A DNA stretch of 50,760 bases. It comes from Terrimicrobiaceae bacterium. GTDB lineage: Bacteria; Verrucomicrobiota; Verrucomicrobiia; Chthoniobacterales; JAATET01. Positions within the stretch are counted from its first letter, which is position 1, and every line of letters begins with the position of its first letter. Shown piece after piece: positions 20,632-29,916 of the stretch. The notes beneath the pieces were generated by a model, which was not told where the DNA came from, made no database searches, and worked only from the letters and a program-made list of their open reading frames with translations. A program made the translations under genes and the position numbers. The stretch lies in contig JBDNGG010000027.1 of NCBI GenBank assembly GCA_041689405.1, forward strand, positions 1-50,760, written 5' to 3'.

Positions 20632-21546
20632 TCAGCTCCACAGGTCGCCCTGTTCCAATACTGCCGAGGCAGAAGCTCCTGCTTCGTTTTTCAATTCCGT
20701 CAGCAACGTCTTGAATTCATAATTCGCCACCGCTTCAAGGAGTTCGGGGTATTTCGGGCACAGACCCAGCTTTTCAATCGCCATCGGAAGCTCAAGATCG
20801 GTGTCGAGCCGCACCATCTCAAGGTTCTGTAGCAATTGATGCGATGCACTGAGGATTTTTTGGCGCACCTTTTCTTTATCGATCAAATCCGGTTGCGCGA
20901 GCATCGCTGCAACCGAACCAAACTGCTGAATGAGCGCAGTCGCAGTTTTTGAACCGATCCCCTCGACACCGCGGATATTATCCGAGGTGTCCCCGGTCAA
21001 CGCCAGCACATCACCAATTTGCCCGGGAGCAACGCCCCATTTCTTGTGGACTTCCTTGGTGCCAAGTAGTGCAAATCCGCCCGGATTATCCACAACGTCT
21101 GCTTTGGCAGTCGAATAGATCGTGATCCGGTCGCTGACCATTTGAAGGATGTCTTTGTCATTGGTCGCGATGACCGTCTCGCCGTCATGAGCGCGCGCAT
21201 ACGAGGCAATGATGTCATCTGCTTCCGTTCCCTGCACAGCAATGCTGCCGAATCCCAGCCATGAGACAAGCTGCTGCATGGGCGCCTCTTGGGATTTGAG
21301 GTCCGGCGGCATCTCGGGGCGTTGTTGTTTATACTCCGGTTGCAGGGCGGTGCGGCGCTCGGGCAGTCCCGCGTCCCAGCACACCGCAGCAAAGTCCGGC
21401 CGAATATCCAGAATCATGCGACGCAGGGCCTTAGTGAAACCATAGATCGCATTCGTGGGTTCTCCGCGCGAATTCGTCAACCCCCGGATCGCATAGAACG
21501 ACCGGTAGAGGTAATAGTGGCCATCAACCAGAAGCAGCTTTTTCAT
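20632..21546 (-). CDS. Stand-alone 5'-3' exonuclease (Pol I N-terminal / FEN-like domain)
   Basis: MKKLLLVDGHYYLYRSFYA, DKDILQ and the H3TH region LTGDTSDNIRGVEGIGSKTA. No polymerase domain follows. Confidence 0.8.
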   Translation of the reverse strand: MKKLLLVDGHYYLYRSFYAIRGLTNSRGEPTNAIYGFTKALRRMILDIRPDFAAVCWDAGLPERRTALQPEYKQQRPEMPPDLKSQEAPMQQLVSWLGFGSIAVQGTEADDIIASYARAHDGETVIATNDKDILQMVSDRITIYSTAKADVVDNPGGFALLGTKEVHKKWGVAPGQIGDVLALTGDTSDNIRGVEGIGSKTATALIQQFGSVAAMLAQPDLIDKEKVRQKILSASHQLLQNLEMVRLDTDLELPMAIEKLGLCPKYPELLEAVANYEFKTLLTELKNEAGASASAVLEQGDLWS

Positions 21547-21607
21547 CGAATCAGGAGCCGACTGCAGCCCACTAGAGAATTTTTGAATTCCATCCCGCAA
21601 CCCCGTA

Positions 21608-22687
21608 TTACTTGTCTGGCGAGGCCGTGTAAGGTGGCGTAGGCACCGGAATCGGGGGCTCCACAGGTATGGGCGGTCGTGGTGCTGGCACTGGAGCGGG
21701 AGGTTTGGGTGGCTCAGGCGGGCGGAACCGCTCGCGCTCCCTAATGCGCTCCAGCGTTCGCAGGCGGATCAAGCGTTGCATTCGGACGCGCTCCTCACCG
21801 GTCATGTCCGGGCGATTTTGTAAAGCAGCGGTGACTTTGGGACCCAAAATGGCTCTGGCTGGAGGCGGGATGGCAGCGCGGCGTGCCTGCCCCAACAATT
21901 GCGGAGCGTCAGCATCTGTGCGGCTCGTTGCAAGATTGTTTATCTCCACGATTTGCGCACTAGGGTTTCGATCCGCGTAAATCCCGTAGTTTAGGTTGAT
22001 CAATCGCCCCTTATTTTTGAGTTCCCGCTGGCGAAGCGCTGCCTCTTTGATAAACGGTTGATTCGTCAAAGGTTTGAATTCACGCCCGAGCAACCCCGAC
22101 GTTTCGACGAGGCGTTTGATATCGAAAACAACGGGCTCGGGCAGTTTGGCCGCAGCGGGGTCGAGGGCAAGCATCTGCCCCTGACTAACCAACACGGATT
22201 CCCCTATCCGCCCTTTGAGCTTGAGGCGCATCGTTCCCTCCAGAACAAGAAATTTCACGATCCCCCCGGACCCATCCGGTTTTGAACTGCGGGATTCAAT
22301 GAGAACTGTGGTTCCTGTAATTGCGGCGCTCACTGCGGCGGTGTTCACATTTGCCCCTCCCGCATCTTTGGGAACCTGCAGCAACAACACACCCTCCTTG
22401 AGATCCAGATCCCGACTTCCTTGATCAAAACTGAAAAACGAATTTGCTCCAAGGCGGGCAATGGTCTCATCCGAAAACGCGAGTTCCGCGCGCGACTTGT
22501 CACCCGTCTGCAGCGCCATTCGGCCAGTAACGACATCGCCCACTTCGGCGGGCTGCGGAGGGGCCTCTCCCGACAGCAGCTCCACGCGGTTGAATAGGCG
22601 TGTCAGTTCGGCCGAATCCAGCGGAGCCGCGTTTACCCATCTCGCACAAAGAAGTCCGACAACGAGAATGAATAGCCAAACCTTCAT
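21608..22687 (-). CDS. Secreted FecR-domain protein with a Pro-rich C-terminus
   Basis: Signal peptide MKVWLFILVVGLLCARWVNA. The FecR-like core is GDVVTGRMALQTGDKSRAELAFSDETIARLGANSFFSF. The tail is PPEPPKPPAPVPAPRPPIPVEPPIPVPTPP. Confidence 0.6.
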   Translation of the reverse strand: MKVWLFILVVGLLCARWVNAAPLDSAELTRLFNRVELLSGEAPPQPAEVGDVVTGRMALQTGDKSRAELAFSDETIARLGANSFFSFDQGSRDLDLKEGVLLLQVPKDAGGANVNTAAVSAAITGTTVLIESRSSKPDGSGGIVKFLVLEGTMRLKLKGRIGESVLVSQGQMLALDPAAAKLPEPVVFDIKRLVETSGLLGREFKPLTNQPFIKEAALRQRELKNKGRLINLNYGIYADRNPSAQIVEINNLATSRTDADAPQLLGQARRAAIPPPARAILGPKVTAALQNRPDMTGEERVRMQRLIRLRTLERIRERERFRPPEPPKPPAPVPAPRPPIPVEPPIPVPTPPYTASPDK

Positions 22688-22693
22688 AACACC

Positions 22694-23662
22694 TCAAAAA
22701 GTAACCTGCAGCGATATACCACCGCCAAGGTTCGCGGCGAAATAATTAAACTCCCCGTCCGTGGAGCGGTTGATAGCAATCGACGAGAGCGTTTGCACAC
22801 TCATCCATTTTGTAATATCGAACGAAAAGCCACCACCAATGAGCTGATTAAAATCTGCACGATCGCCCTCTATGTAATCCTGTGCCGCGGCTCGGTAATA
22901 GAGATCTGCTGTTACGATTCTGGTCACCTGGAGCTGCAGCCCGATGAGCATCGAAAAATCATTTCTTAATGCCGAATCCGGTTGTCCGCCCAAAGAAAAA
23001 TCAGCTCCAGCGCTAGCATAGGCAAGCAATGCCCGGTTGAGAATCCACGACTTCCTTAGCCCGAAATTAATTGACTGGTCACTGAACAACTCGGAGGTGA
23101 AGCCCCGTGGGGTGAGCAAGTCGTATTCATATCGCGCATATATCGCCAGATCGTCCCACTCTCTAACTACATAAATGAGGCCCGCCGTCAGTACCAGCGC
23201 ATTGAAATCCAGATCACCATTCTTTGCATAGCGGTATCCACTTTGATTTACGGTGAATTCTGCAAACAGGTTGTGCCCGAGATATGGAAGGTAGTTGACT
23301 CCCAAAGTGCCGACGAAAAACGTATCAGAGCCGTCGGTGGAGTCGAGGAGGTCCGGGTTGCTGGTCCAAAAGGCATTCCAATTCGTGTAGACCGTAAAGG
23401 CTTCGTATTGCTTTGCAGGTTGAAGCAAAACCTGTTCGCCAATATCAGGGTCACTTGGACTCGCAGGAGCGAACGAGAAAAATCCGCCCAGTGTGTTCGT
23501 CCGAACACCCCCTCCGATGGTTTCACGAGTCAATTGCTGCCGCTCGTCCGCCTGACTCGCTTGACTCGATTGTGATCTGGCCGATCCCATGACCATGAAG
23601 CAAGCTGCAGCGACCATCAAAGCGGGAGTCCACAAAACCGTTTGAACATCCACCATATGCAA
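22694..23662 (-). CDS. Predicted outer-membrane beta-barrel protein
   Basis: It has a signal peptide, an alternating amphipathic beta pattern rich in Y/F/G/N, and a C-terminal ...GISLQVTF ending in Phe. It is 6 nt upstream of the FecR-like gene. Confidence 0.5.
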   Translation of the reverse strand: MHMVDVQTVLWTPALMVAAACFMVMGSARSQSSQASQADERQQLTRETIGGGVRTNTLGGFFSFAPASPSDPDIGEQVLLQPAKQYEAFTVYTNWNAFWTSNPDLLDSTDGSDTFFVGTLGVNYLPYLGHNLFAEFTVNQSGYRYAKNGDLDFNALVLTAGLIYVVREWDDLAIYARYEYDLLTPRGFTSELFSDQSINFGLRKSWILNRALLAYASAGADFSLGGQPDSALRNDFSMLIGLQLQVTRIVTADLYYRAAAQDYIEGDRADFNQLIGGGFSFDITKWMSVQTLSSIAINRSTDGEFNYFAANLGGGISLQVTF

Positions 23663-23725
23663 AGGATATCAAAGCCGCAGAGGGGGGACGTGTCAATTCC
23701 CGAACCTAAAGAGGCTGCCCTCGTG

Positions 23726-23743
23726 CGTCACAACAATGTCACA
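23726..23743 (+). promoter_or_regulatory. Pho-box-like direct repeat CGTCACA-ACAA-TGTCACA (7+4+7, 11-bp phasing) upstream of phoU
   Basis: Read directly. It resembles the enterobacterial Pho box architecture CTGTCAT-N4-CTGTCAY and lies about 118 nt upstream of the phoU ATG. Confidence 0.35.
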
Positions 23744-23860
23744 ATTCAGGAATTGTTCAAATTTCGCCTTATGCGACAACTCAGCACTTTACCACTTTCG
23801 AAAACCTTCAAAGTCCGTTACCTTTTTAACAGTGAAAACGATAACAAATCAAAGGAAGTA

Positions 23861-24559
23861 ATGATGAATGACTTCAGCACTCACATTTTGGGTTCTTTTC
23901 GCGATGCGCTTCAGAACCTACGTAACGATGTCTTGATGATGTCAAGCCTAACTGAGCGTGGCCTCACCCATGCAGCGAAAGGGCTTTTCGAGCGCGACGA
24001 TGAGGCGTGCAATATTGCGATTGCTGACGACGAGGAAATTGACCTCTTGGAAATTCAAGTGGACCGCGAGGGAGTGGATATCCTGATGCGGTACCAGCCG
24101 GTCGCGTCTGATCTACGACATGTCGTCACGGCAATGAAATCAAGCGTGAATATCGAGCGTATCGCGGATCAGAATGTCAATATCGCGCGCCGCGCGCGCA
24201 AGCTTAGTAAGGGCGAGATTCCGTCTATTGTTTCTCACTTGCAACCGATGTTTACGCTGGCCCACCGGATGTTTTCAGATGCCATCCGCGCCTACTCCGA
24301 CGGAGACCACGAACTGGCACGCAGCTTAAAACCAAGGGATCGCGAGCTCGACCTGCTCAATCAGTCGTTCGCAGACGAATGCACCCGGCTCATGGAGGCT
24401 GAACCTAAAGCCATCAGGGAATACCTCAATCTGATCTTCATCGCGCGCTTCGTCGAGCGTATCGGTGATCACGCGAGCAACATCGGTGAGGATATCGTAT
24501 TTGCAGTCTCGGCGGAAGAAATCCGACACACCATAGGCAAACCCGTGGACGAAGCTTAA
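23861..24559 (+). CDS. phoU: Phosphate signalling complex protein PhoU
   Basis: Two PhoU repeats (E..ID..E; ADQNVNIARRA and RFVERIGDHASNIGEDIVF). ATG 23861 is preceded by AAGGAAG. No pst genes are adjacent. Confidence 0.85.
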   Translation: MMNDFSTHILGSFRDALQNLRNDVLMMSSLTERGLTHAAKGLFERDDEACNIAIADDEEIDLLEIQVDREGVDILMRYQPVASDLRHVVTAMKSSVNIERIADQNVNIARRARKLSKGEIPSIVSHLQPMFTLAHRMFSDAIRAYSDGDHELARSLKPRDRELDLLNQSFADECTRLMEAEPKAIREYLNLIFIARFVERIGDHASNIGEDIVFAVSAEEIRHTIGKPVDEA

Positions 24560-24576
24560 GATCGCCAGCGTCGCGC

Positions 24577-25098
24577 TTAAGGCGACGGCGTAGCCTTGGC
24601 CTTCCCGAGAAATTCCTCCTTTAGCGACGCGTTCATCGCATCCAAGAGGGGTTTTCGGATCGCTCTCATTTGCTCCAAAATCCCCCGCTCCAAGTCCCGT
24701 CTCTCCTCGCGATAACGAGCTTCAAATTCCTTACGGGCTTCACTTTCCCGGGCTAACCCGAGCGAGTCCGCCAAGCGATCCATGTCGTCGCGCATCCGCT
24801 TAACCTGACGGTTCCCTACATCCTTAACCCGTTTGCGTTCTTCCGGAGAGAGTTCCGTCCATCGTTGCATGTTTTTAAGAAACCGATCCCGGTCTACAGG
24901 TGCCATCGCATTGACTTTCTGACGCAGGTGGAGAGGCAATATTTCAATTCGCGAATCTCTCCCGCTGGAATTCTCACCTCTGTCTCCGAGCGCGGACATC
25001 TCAGGTATTTTACCAGGATCGACCACCGGGGCATCCTGACCTGAAACCGAAGCCCCCGTAATCAGAAGCACCCCGAAAAGGTAAAGAGGATATTTCAT
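24577..25098 (-). CDS. Secreted Arg/Glu-rich helical protein, function unknown
   Basis: Signal peptide MKYPLYLFGVLLITGASVSG, followed by charged helical repeats (ERKRVKDV, RKEFEARYREERRDLER). ATGA overlap with the upstream gene at 25095-25098. Confidence 0.5.
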   Translation of the reverse strand: MKYPLYLFGVLLITGASVSGQDAPVVDPGKIPEMSALGDRGENSSGRDSRIEILPLHLRQKVNAMAPVDRDRFLKNMQRWTELSPEERKRVKDVGNRQVKRMRDDMDRLADSLGLARESEARKEFEARYREERRDLERGILEQMRAIRKPLLDAMNASLKEEFLGKAKATPSP

Positions 25099-25481
25099 TG
25101 TGTCCATACGGTGGAATCCAACTGGCTAATATAGAGATCCAGATCCCGGACAATCTCAAATTCTATTCCAGTTTGTAGGGGGAAGTCGGAACGGTTCGGC
25201 GGGAACTGGATCAAACTCCATGCTGCAATAAAAACCAGCGCCAGCACACTGCTCGGAACCCACCGCGCAAACCACGGCCTGCGCCCAATCCCGACCGGCG
25301 ACCCGGGAAGATTATTCATCACCCGATCCACAAACCATGGAGAAGCCTCGCGTCTGCGACCACGCCCAAGCATATCCCAGACGGGATCATTATTATCAAA
25401 ATCGCTCATTTTATCCCGATCGTTCATAGGTGATACCCCGCTATCAGCGAAAGGTTGCGCTAAAAATCCAGGCGCATGCAA
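25095..25481 (-). CDS. Single-pass membrane protein with anti-sigma-factor-like topology, function unknown
   Basis: A cytoplasmic N-terminus (DPVWDMLGRGRRREASPWFVDRVMNNL) is followed by one TM (VPSSVLALVFIAAWSLI). The start is uncertain (Met at 25481, 25427 or 25409). No sigma-factor gene is adjacent. Confidence 0.4.
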   Translation of the reverse strand: MHAPGFLAQPFADSGVSPMNDRDKMSDFDNNDPVWDMLGRGRRREASPWFVDRVMNNLPGSPVGIGRRPWFARWVPSSVLALVFIAAWSLIQFPPNRSDFPLQTGIEFEIVRDLDLYISQLDSTVWTQ

Positions 25482-25562
25482 TTTTCCGATGCACTGTTAT
25501 TGAGTTAAGATTGCGGATATTATGGCCATCGAGGCGACATTTCCGTCTTTGGGCTTGACCCG

Positions 25563-28175
25563 ATGGCGTCGGATGCAAAGCGTCTTAGGGTGCATTCAGT
25601 AAGCGAAATTCGTCAATCAGGGACCCCCATTCCGTGTCCGGGATGGAACGAACTTTTTGATCCTGCGGGCAAGCCGCGCGAAGTATACGAACCGCTTTTC
25701 CGCAGGTTGGACATGCCCCGCACGGAACTCCGGCGCCTTGACGAACGGTTAGAGGCAACGATGCGTGAGATGGGTGTCACATTTGACATCGTAAGAGATC
25801 GTCCGTGGGGACGACGGCCGTGGTTCTGCGACCTCGCACCACAAATTTTTACTGCCGATGAGTGGCGCCCCTTGGCCGCGGGAGTCAAACAGCGTGTGCA
25901 CGCCTACGAATGCTTCCTCCGTGATGTCTATGGCGAGAAAAGAATCCTTCGCCAAGGCACGGTTCCTCTACAGCAGGTCATGGGCAGCGCTTATTATCAA
26001 CGGGCCGCGAGTGGTCTTCCGGCCCCGACAGGCTCGTATCTTCACCTTTCCGGAATTGCGCTCGGACGTCAACCGGATGGCCGGATGGTCGTAAAACACC
26101 AGTATTTCAGCCATGCCTCAGGAATTTCGTACATGATTCAGAACCGTCGGGCATTAGCACGAGTGATTCCGCAGAGCTTCCAGGATTATTCGTTACACTC
26201 TATCTCCGACACGCCGACAGATATTCTTGAGCGACTTCGAGAGCTTTCGCAGGACTCCGACCCCATGGTCGTACTCTTGTCTCCCGGGCAGGAAAGCGCC
26301 GTTTATTCGGAGCACAGTTTCTTAGCTCGCCGTATGGGAATTCCGTTGGTGCAAGGGGGGGACCTGCTCGTTCACAACGACCACGTCTATCTCAAGACGG
26401 TATCAGGACTCGAGCGCGTGCATGCCATCTACAACCGCATAGCGGACATGTGGCTCGACCCTCTCGTTTTTCGTAGAGACTCGCGGCTGGGAGTGCCAGG
26501 TCTCGTGCATTGTATCCGCAAGGGCACGGTAGCAGTCATCAATGCCGTGGGGTCCCAACTCGTCGATGATAGAGCACTTCTTGCGTTTGCGCCGATATTG
26601 ATTCGATATTACCTCGGGGAAATCCCCATCCTTGATGAACTCGAAACCTACTGGCTCGGTGACTTCGATCAGCGTTCCATCGTCCTTGAGGATATCGATC
26701 AATTTATCATCCGTCCGGTTTACGGTGAGAAGATACTATCCATGCCGCGCTCGACACCGATGGATGAGCGAAAAAAAGATCTAGTGATTCGTGAAGTGAT
26801 GAAAAACCCGTCTGGATTCGTCGCTCAGGTGGCCACCTGCGAGGCGCAGACGATTTGCTACGATTCAGGCAAACAGGAGCCAGGACGGCAGGATCACATT
26901 TTATTTTCTCTGCGTCGGAGTGAGAACGAATACACCGTTTTCCCGGGTGCATTGACGCGACTGTCCACCGATGACGCTCCCTTTACGGCCTCGGAGCTCG
27001 GAGGCGGAAGCAAGGACACCTGGGTCTTAACCGGAGGAGAAACCGTTTACTATGCAGGCCCGCGGACACCGCTGGAGGCGAGGCTGCCCTCACATCACGT
27101 CACCAGCCGTGTCGCCGAGTCTTTTTACTGGATCGGTCGCTACCTCGAACGCGCCCGAAATCTGGCGGGAATGATCTCTGTCATCGAGGCCCTCGAAACC
27201 GAGGAGCTAAACCCCACCGAACGGATGCACTACCGTCCCGTGTGGAACCGGATGCTCCCGCCGCTCGATGGTGAAAAATCCTCAAAGCGCACCATCTCCA
27301 GTGCTGCAGGACGATATCGGCTCATGCTGGATTTAGGGGAATCTGGAGCGGTAATTCGCGCGGTGCAGCAAGCTACATGGAACGGCGAGTCGGTCTTGGA
27401 ATGCCTGAGCCTTGAAGCTTGGGGCGTGATGAGCAAATTGCGGGACCGATTCGAGCGGCGACGCTTTCGTCCGGACCTCAGCGATGAAAAATGTGCTGCG
27501 GTCACCCGTGCGCTTTGTGCAGACACCACAGATTTTGTGGCACAGTTTTTCGGCATTGCTCAGACGACTATGATCGCCGACGGGGGTTGGAGTTTTTGCG
27601 AAGTGGGAGAATCTGTCGAACGCGCTATCACTACAGCAAACGCACTCACGTCGATGACCAGATCCTTAGTTCGCACCCCTGGCAGCGCGCGTGAGCATGC
27701 CCGCGAAATCCAGATGTCGGCCTTCCTCCGTCTGTTTAGCAGCCGGGACGTCTATCGCCGCGTCTATCAAATGCGCATCGAACCAGGAGCAGTGCTCCAA
27801 ATGCTATGGCAAAACCCGATGGTTCCCCGCTCCGTGAGCCGCTGCATGCTGCGCTCTCTGGATTTACTTCGCGAGCAACAAAATGAAGCGTCCACAGCAA
27901 AACGTCCCATGGTAAGCGGAATTGAAAAGTTCCTCGCCCATGTCAATCAAGTGGACTGGGATGCTCTGGCAGATCGCGAAATCGAAAGCGACGAAGATAT
28001 CCCCGAAAGCGGGAGACGCAGCCCTAAAGACAGCCCCCTCGTCCGAGAGCTGGAGCACCTGCTGGCGGGCACGCAAGAGCTTCATCACATGGTCACCGAT
28101 GGATTCCTAAACCATCAGATCCACATGCGCCCCCCGGAACAGCCCCTCTTGGCAGGATTTGGCAATGCTATTTGA
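25563..28175 (+). CDS. Fusion of a circularly permuted type-2 ATP-grasp domain with an alpha-E domain
   Basis: 870 aa. The N-terminal half reads ...LHLSGIALGRQPDGRMVVKHQYFSHASGISYMIQNRRAL...VVLLSPGQESAVYSEHSFLARRMGIPLVQGGDLLV...VINAVGSQLVDDRALLAF. The C-terminal third starts VAESFYWIGRYLERARN, the typical alpha-E opening. Confidence 0.75.
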   Translation: MASDAKRLRVHSVSEIRQSGTPIPCPGWNELFDPAGKPREVYEPLFRRLDMPRTELRRLDERLEATMREMGVTFDIVRDRPWGRRPWFCDLAPQIFTADEWRPLAAGVKQRVHAYECFLRDVYGEKRILRQGTVPLQQVMGSAYYQRAASGLPAPTGSYLHLSGIALGRQPDGRMVVKHQYFSHASGISYMIQNRRALARVIPQSFQDYSLHSISDTPTDILERLRELSQDSDPMVVLLSPGQESAVYSEHSFLARRMGIPLVQGGDLLVHNDHVYLKTVSGLERVHAIYNRIADMWLDPLVFRRDSRLGVPGLVHCIRKGTVAVINAVGSQLVDDRALLAFAPILIRYYLGEIPILDELETYWLGDFDQRSIVLEDIDQFIIRPVYGEKILSMPRSTPMDERKKDLVIREVMKNPSGFVAQVATCEAQTICYDSGKQEPGRQDHILFSLRRSENEYTVFPGALTRLSTDDAPFTASELGGGSKDTWVLTGGETVYYAGPRTPLEARLPSHHVTSRVAESFYWIGRYLERARNLAGMISVIEALETEELNPTERMHYRPVWNRMLPPLDGEKSSKRTISSAAGRYRLMLDLGESGAVIRAVQQATWNGESVLECLSLEAWGVMSKLRDRFERRRFRPDLSDEKCAAVTRALCADTTDFVAQFFGIAQTTMIADGGWSFCEVGESVERAITTANALTSMTRSLVRTPGSAREHAREIQMSAFLRLFSSRDVYRRVYQMRIEPGAVLQMLWQNPMVPRSVSRCMLRSLDLLREQQNEASTAKRPMVSGIEKFLAHVNQVDWDALADREIESDEDIPESGRRSPKDSPLVRELEHLLAGTQELHHMVTDGFLNHQIHMRPPEQPLLAGFGNAI

Positions 28176-29052
28176 GATTCTCCATACCACGGATTACCGG
28201 TACACGGTTCCCGCCATCGAAGCCTATCTTGAAACCCGGCTGACACCTCCAAACACCCCTGTTCAGACACTCAAAGAGCATGCGATTGTGATCCACCCGG
28301 AACTTCCCACTTCGGAATATACGGACAGTTTCGGGAACGAAACGAACTTCTTCTCGCACACCCTCCGGCACGATCGCTTGCTTATCGAACACCGTGCTCT
28401 GGTGGAAACATGGCCAATAAACCTGCCTGAAGGCTCGCTTGCGATTCCCGTCGCGGAAGCACGGCAGGTGGTGGCCTCTGAAACGATGGATTTCTTTGCA
28501 TACCTACAACCCTCGTTTGCCGTGCCGCTCGGCGGAGAAGCGACCAAATGGGTCCGACGGTTGTTCCCACCAGGCGAGCCGCTCGGACAATCGCTCGAGA
28601 CGCTGAACGAGAGCATTTACGAAAAGTTCGCGTACCGCCCGGGCACGACGACCAATCGCACTCCACTCGCCGACGTCTGGAAACATCGTCGGGGCGTTTG
28701 CCAAGATTTTGCACATGTTATGCTTAGTGTCTTACGCACTGCCGGGCTTCCTGCCCGTTATGTTTGTGGATACATCGAAACTGATCCTCCCAAGCCGCGG
28801 CCCGGCCAGACCCGTGCCCATCGCCTCGTCGGCTCCGTGGCGACACACGCATGGGTCGAGGTTCTGGTGCCCGGAATGGAGTGGGTTGCACTCGATCCAA
28901 CTAACAAACAATGGTGCGGCGAGCGCCACGTCTCGGTGTCCTACGGACGGGACAGCGGGGACGCAGCGCCCGTCCGGGGGACATTTAAAGGCTCAGGCAG
29001 CCAGGAAATGAAAGTGCGCGTCAAAATGAAACGAATCCATCCACGCTCATGA
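28165..29052 (+). CDS. Transglutaminase-like cysteine peptidase family protein (Bact_transglu_N plus transglutaminase core)
   Basis: MLFEILHTTDYRY is the N-terminal opening, and the catalytic Cys context is RRGVCQDFAHVMLSVLRTAGLPARYVCGY...HAWVEV...DPTN. It overlaps the upstream gene's end. An alternative start is TTG 28159. Confidence 0.8.
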   Translation: MLFEILHTTDYRYTVPAIEAYLETRLTPPNTPVQTLKEHAIVIHPELPTSEYTDSFGNETNFFSHTLRHDRLLIEHRALVETWPINLPEGSLAIPVAEARQVVASETMDFFAYLQPSFAVPLGGEATKWVRRLFPPGEPLGQSLETLNESIYEKFAYRPGTTTNRTPLADVWKHRRGVCQDFAHVMLSVLRTAGLPARYVCGYIETDPPKPRPGQTRAHRLVGSVATHAWVEVLVPGMEWVALDPTNKQWCGERHVSVSYGRDSGDAAPVRGTFKGSGSQEMKVRVKMKRIHPRS

Positions 29053-29903
29053 ACATCGCAATCCGATACCAGGCAGATTATATCTACGAGGAGTCAGCCA
29101 GCTTTTCCACCCACCGGGTGCGTTTATTTCCCCGGGCGGATTTGTTCGGCCGCGTGGAACGCATTACCTTCAAAACGCATCCCACCGCAGACGTCCAATA
29201 CCGTCGGGATCTCTTTGATAACGTCACGGCAAATTGCTTCTATCCGGAAAAGCTCTCTGTCCTGCCATTCACCCTGGAAATCGATCTCGAATTGCAGGAA
29301 CGGAATCCATTTCACTTTTTGCTCGATCCGCGGGCCCTGCGCATTCCGTTTGATTACCATCCTGCCGAGCAGGCGGTCCTGGCACCATTCCTGATTCGCA
29401 CAGAAGGAATCAAGCTGCCAGCGGCGTTGCAACGCGGGCATCCAGTTCCCACCGTCGAGGGGCTCATTACCTTGAACCGGTGGATTTTTGAGAATTTCCG
29501 ATACGAACGCCGGGACGAAGGCGAAGCGTGGACCGCGGAGGAGACATTGACCCGTGAGAGCGGCGCCTGCCGGGACTTTGCAGTGCTCTTTGCGGAAGCG
29601 CTCAGGCATCACGGCATTGCGGCGCGTCTAGCCAGCGGATTTCTTTGGGAGCCACCGGAGTTTGATGTGGCGGACCGCCGGGCCGCAGGCGCATTGCACG
29701 CATGGGTGGAGGCATTTCTCCCAGGGCCGGGGTGGATCGGCCTTGATCCCACAAATGGCATCCTTTGTGACCACCACTTTATCACCGCTGCTGTGGGAAT
29801 CACTCCCGCAGATATCGCACCCGTTGACGGTCATTATTTCGGCAATAAAACCATCGTAAGCCATTTGGAAAGCACACTCGCTATCACACCCAAGGAACAA
29901 TAA
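29049..29903 (+). CDS. Second transglutaminase-like protein, resembling the N-terminal module of large TGase-DUF2126 proteins
   Basis: MNIAIRYQADYIYE; SGACRDFAVLFAEALRHHGIAARLASGF...HAWVEAF...DPTN. ATGA overlap at 29049-29052. Confidence 0.8.
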   Translation: MNIAIRYQADYIYEESASFSTHRVRLFPRADLFGRVERITFKTHPTADVQYRRDLFDNVTANCFYPEKLSVLPFTLEIDLELQERNPFHFLLDPRALRIPFDYHPAEQAVLAPFLIRTEGIKLPAALQRGHPVPTVEGLITLNRWIFENFRYERRDEGEAWTAEETLTRESGACRDFAVLFAEALRHHGIAARLASGFLWEPPEFDVADRRAAGALHAWVEAFLPGPGWIGLDPTNGILCDHHFITAAVGITPADIAPVDGHYFGNKTIVSHLESTLAITPKEQ

Positions 29904-29916
29904 ACCGCATCCGCAC

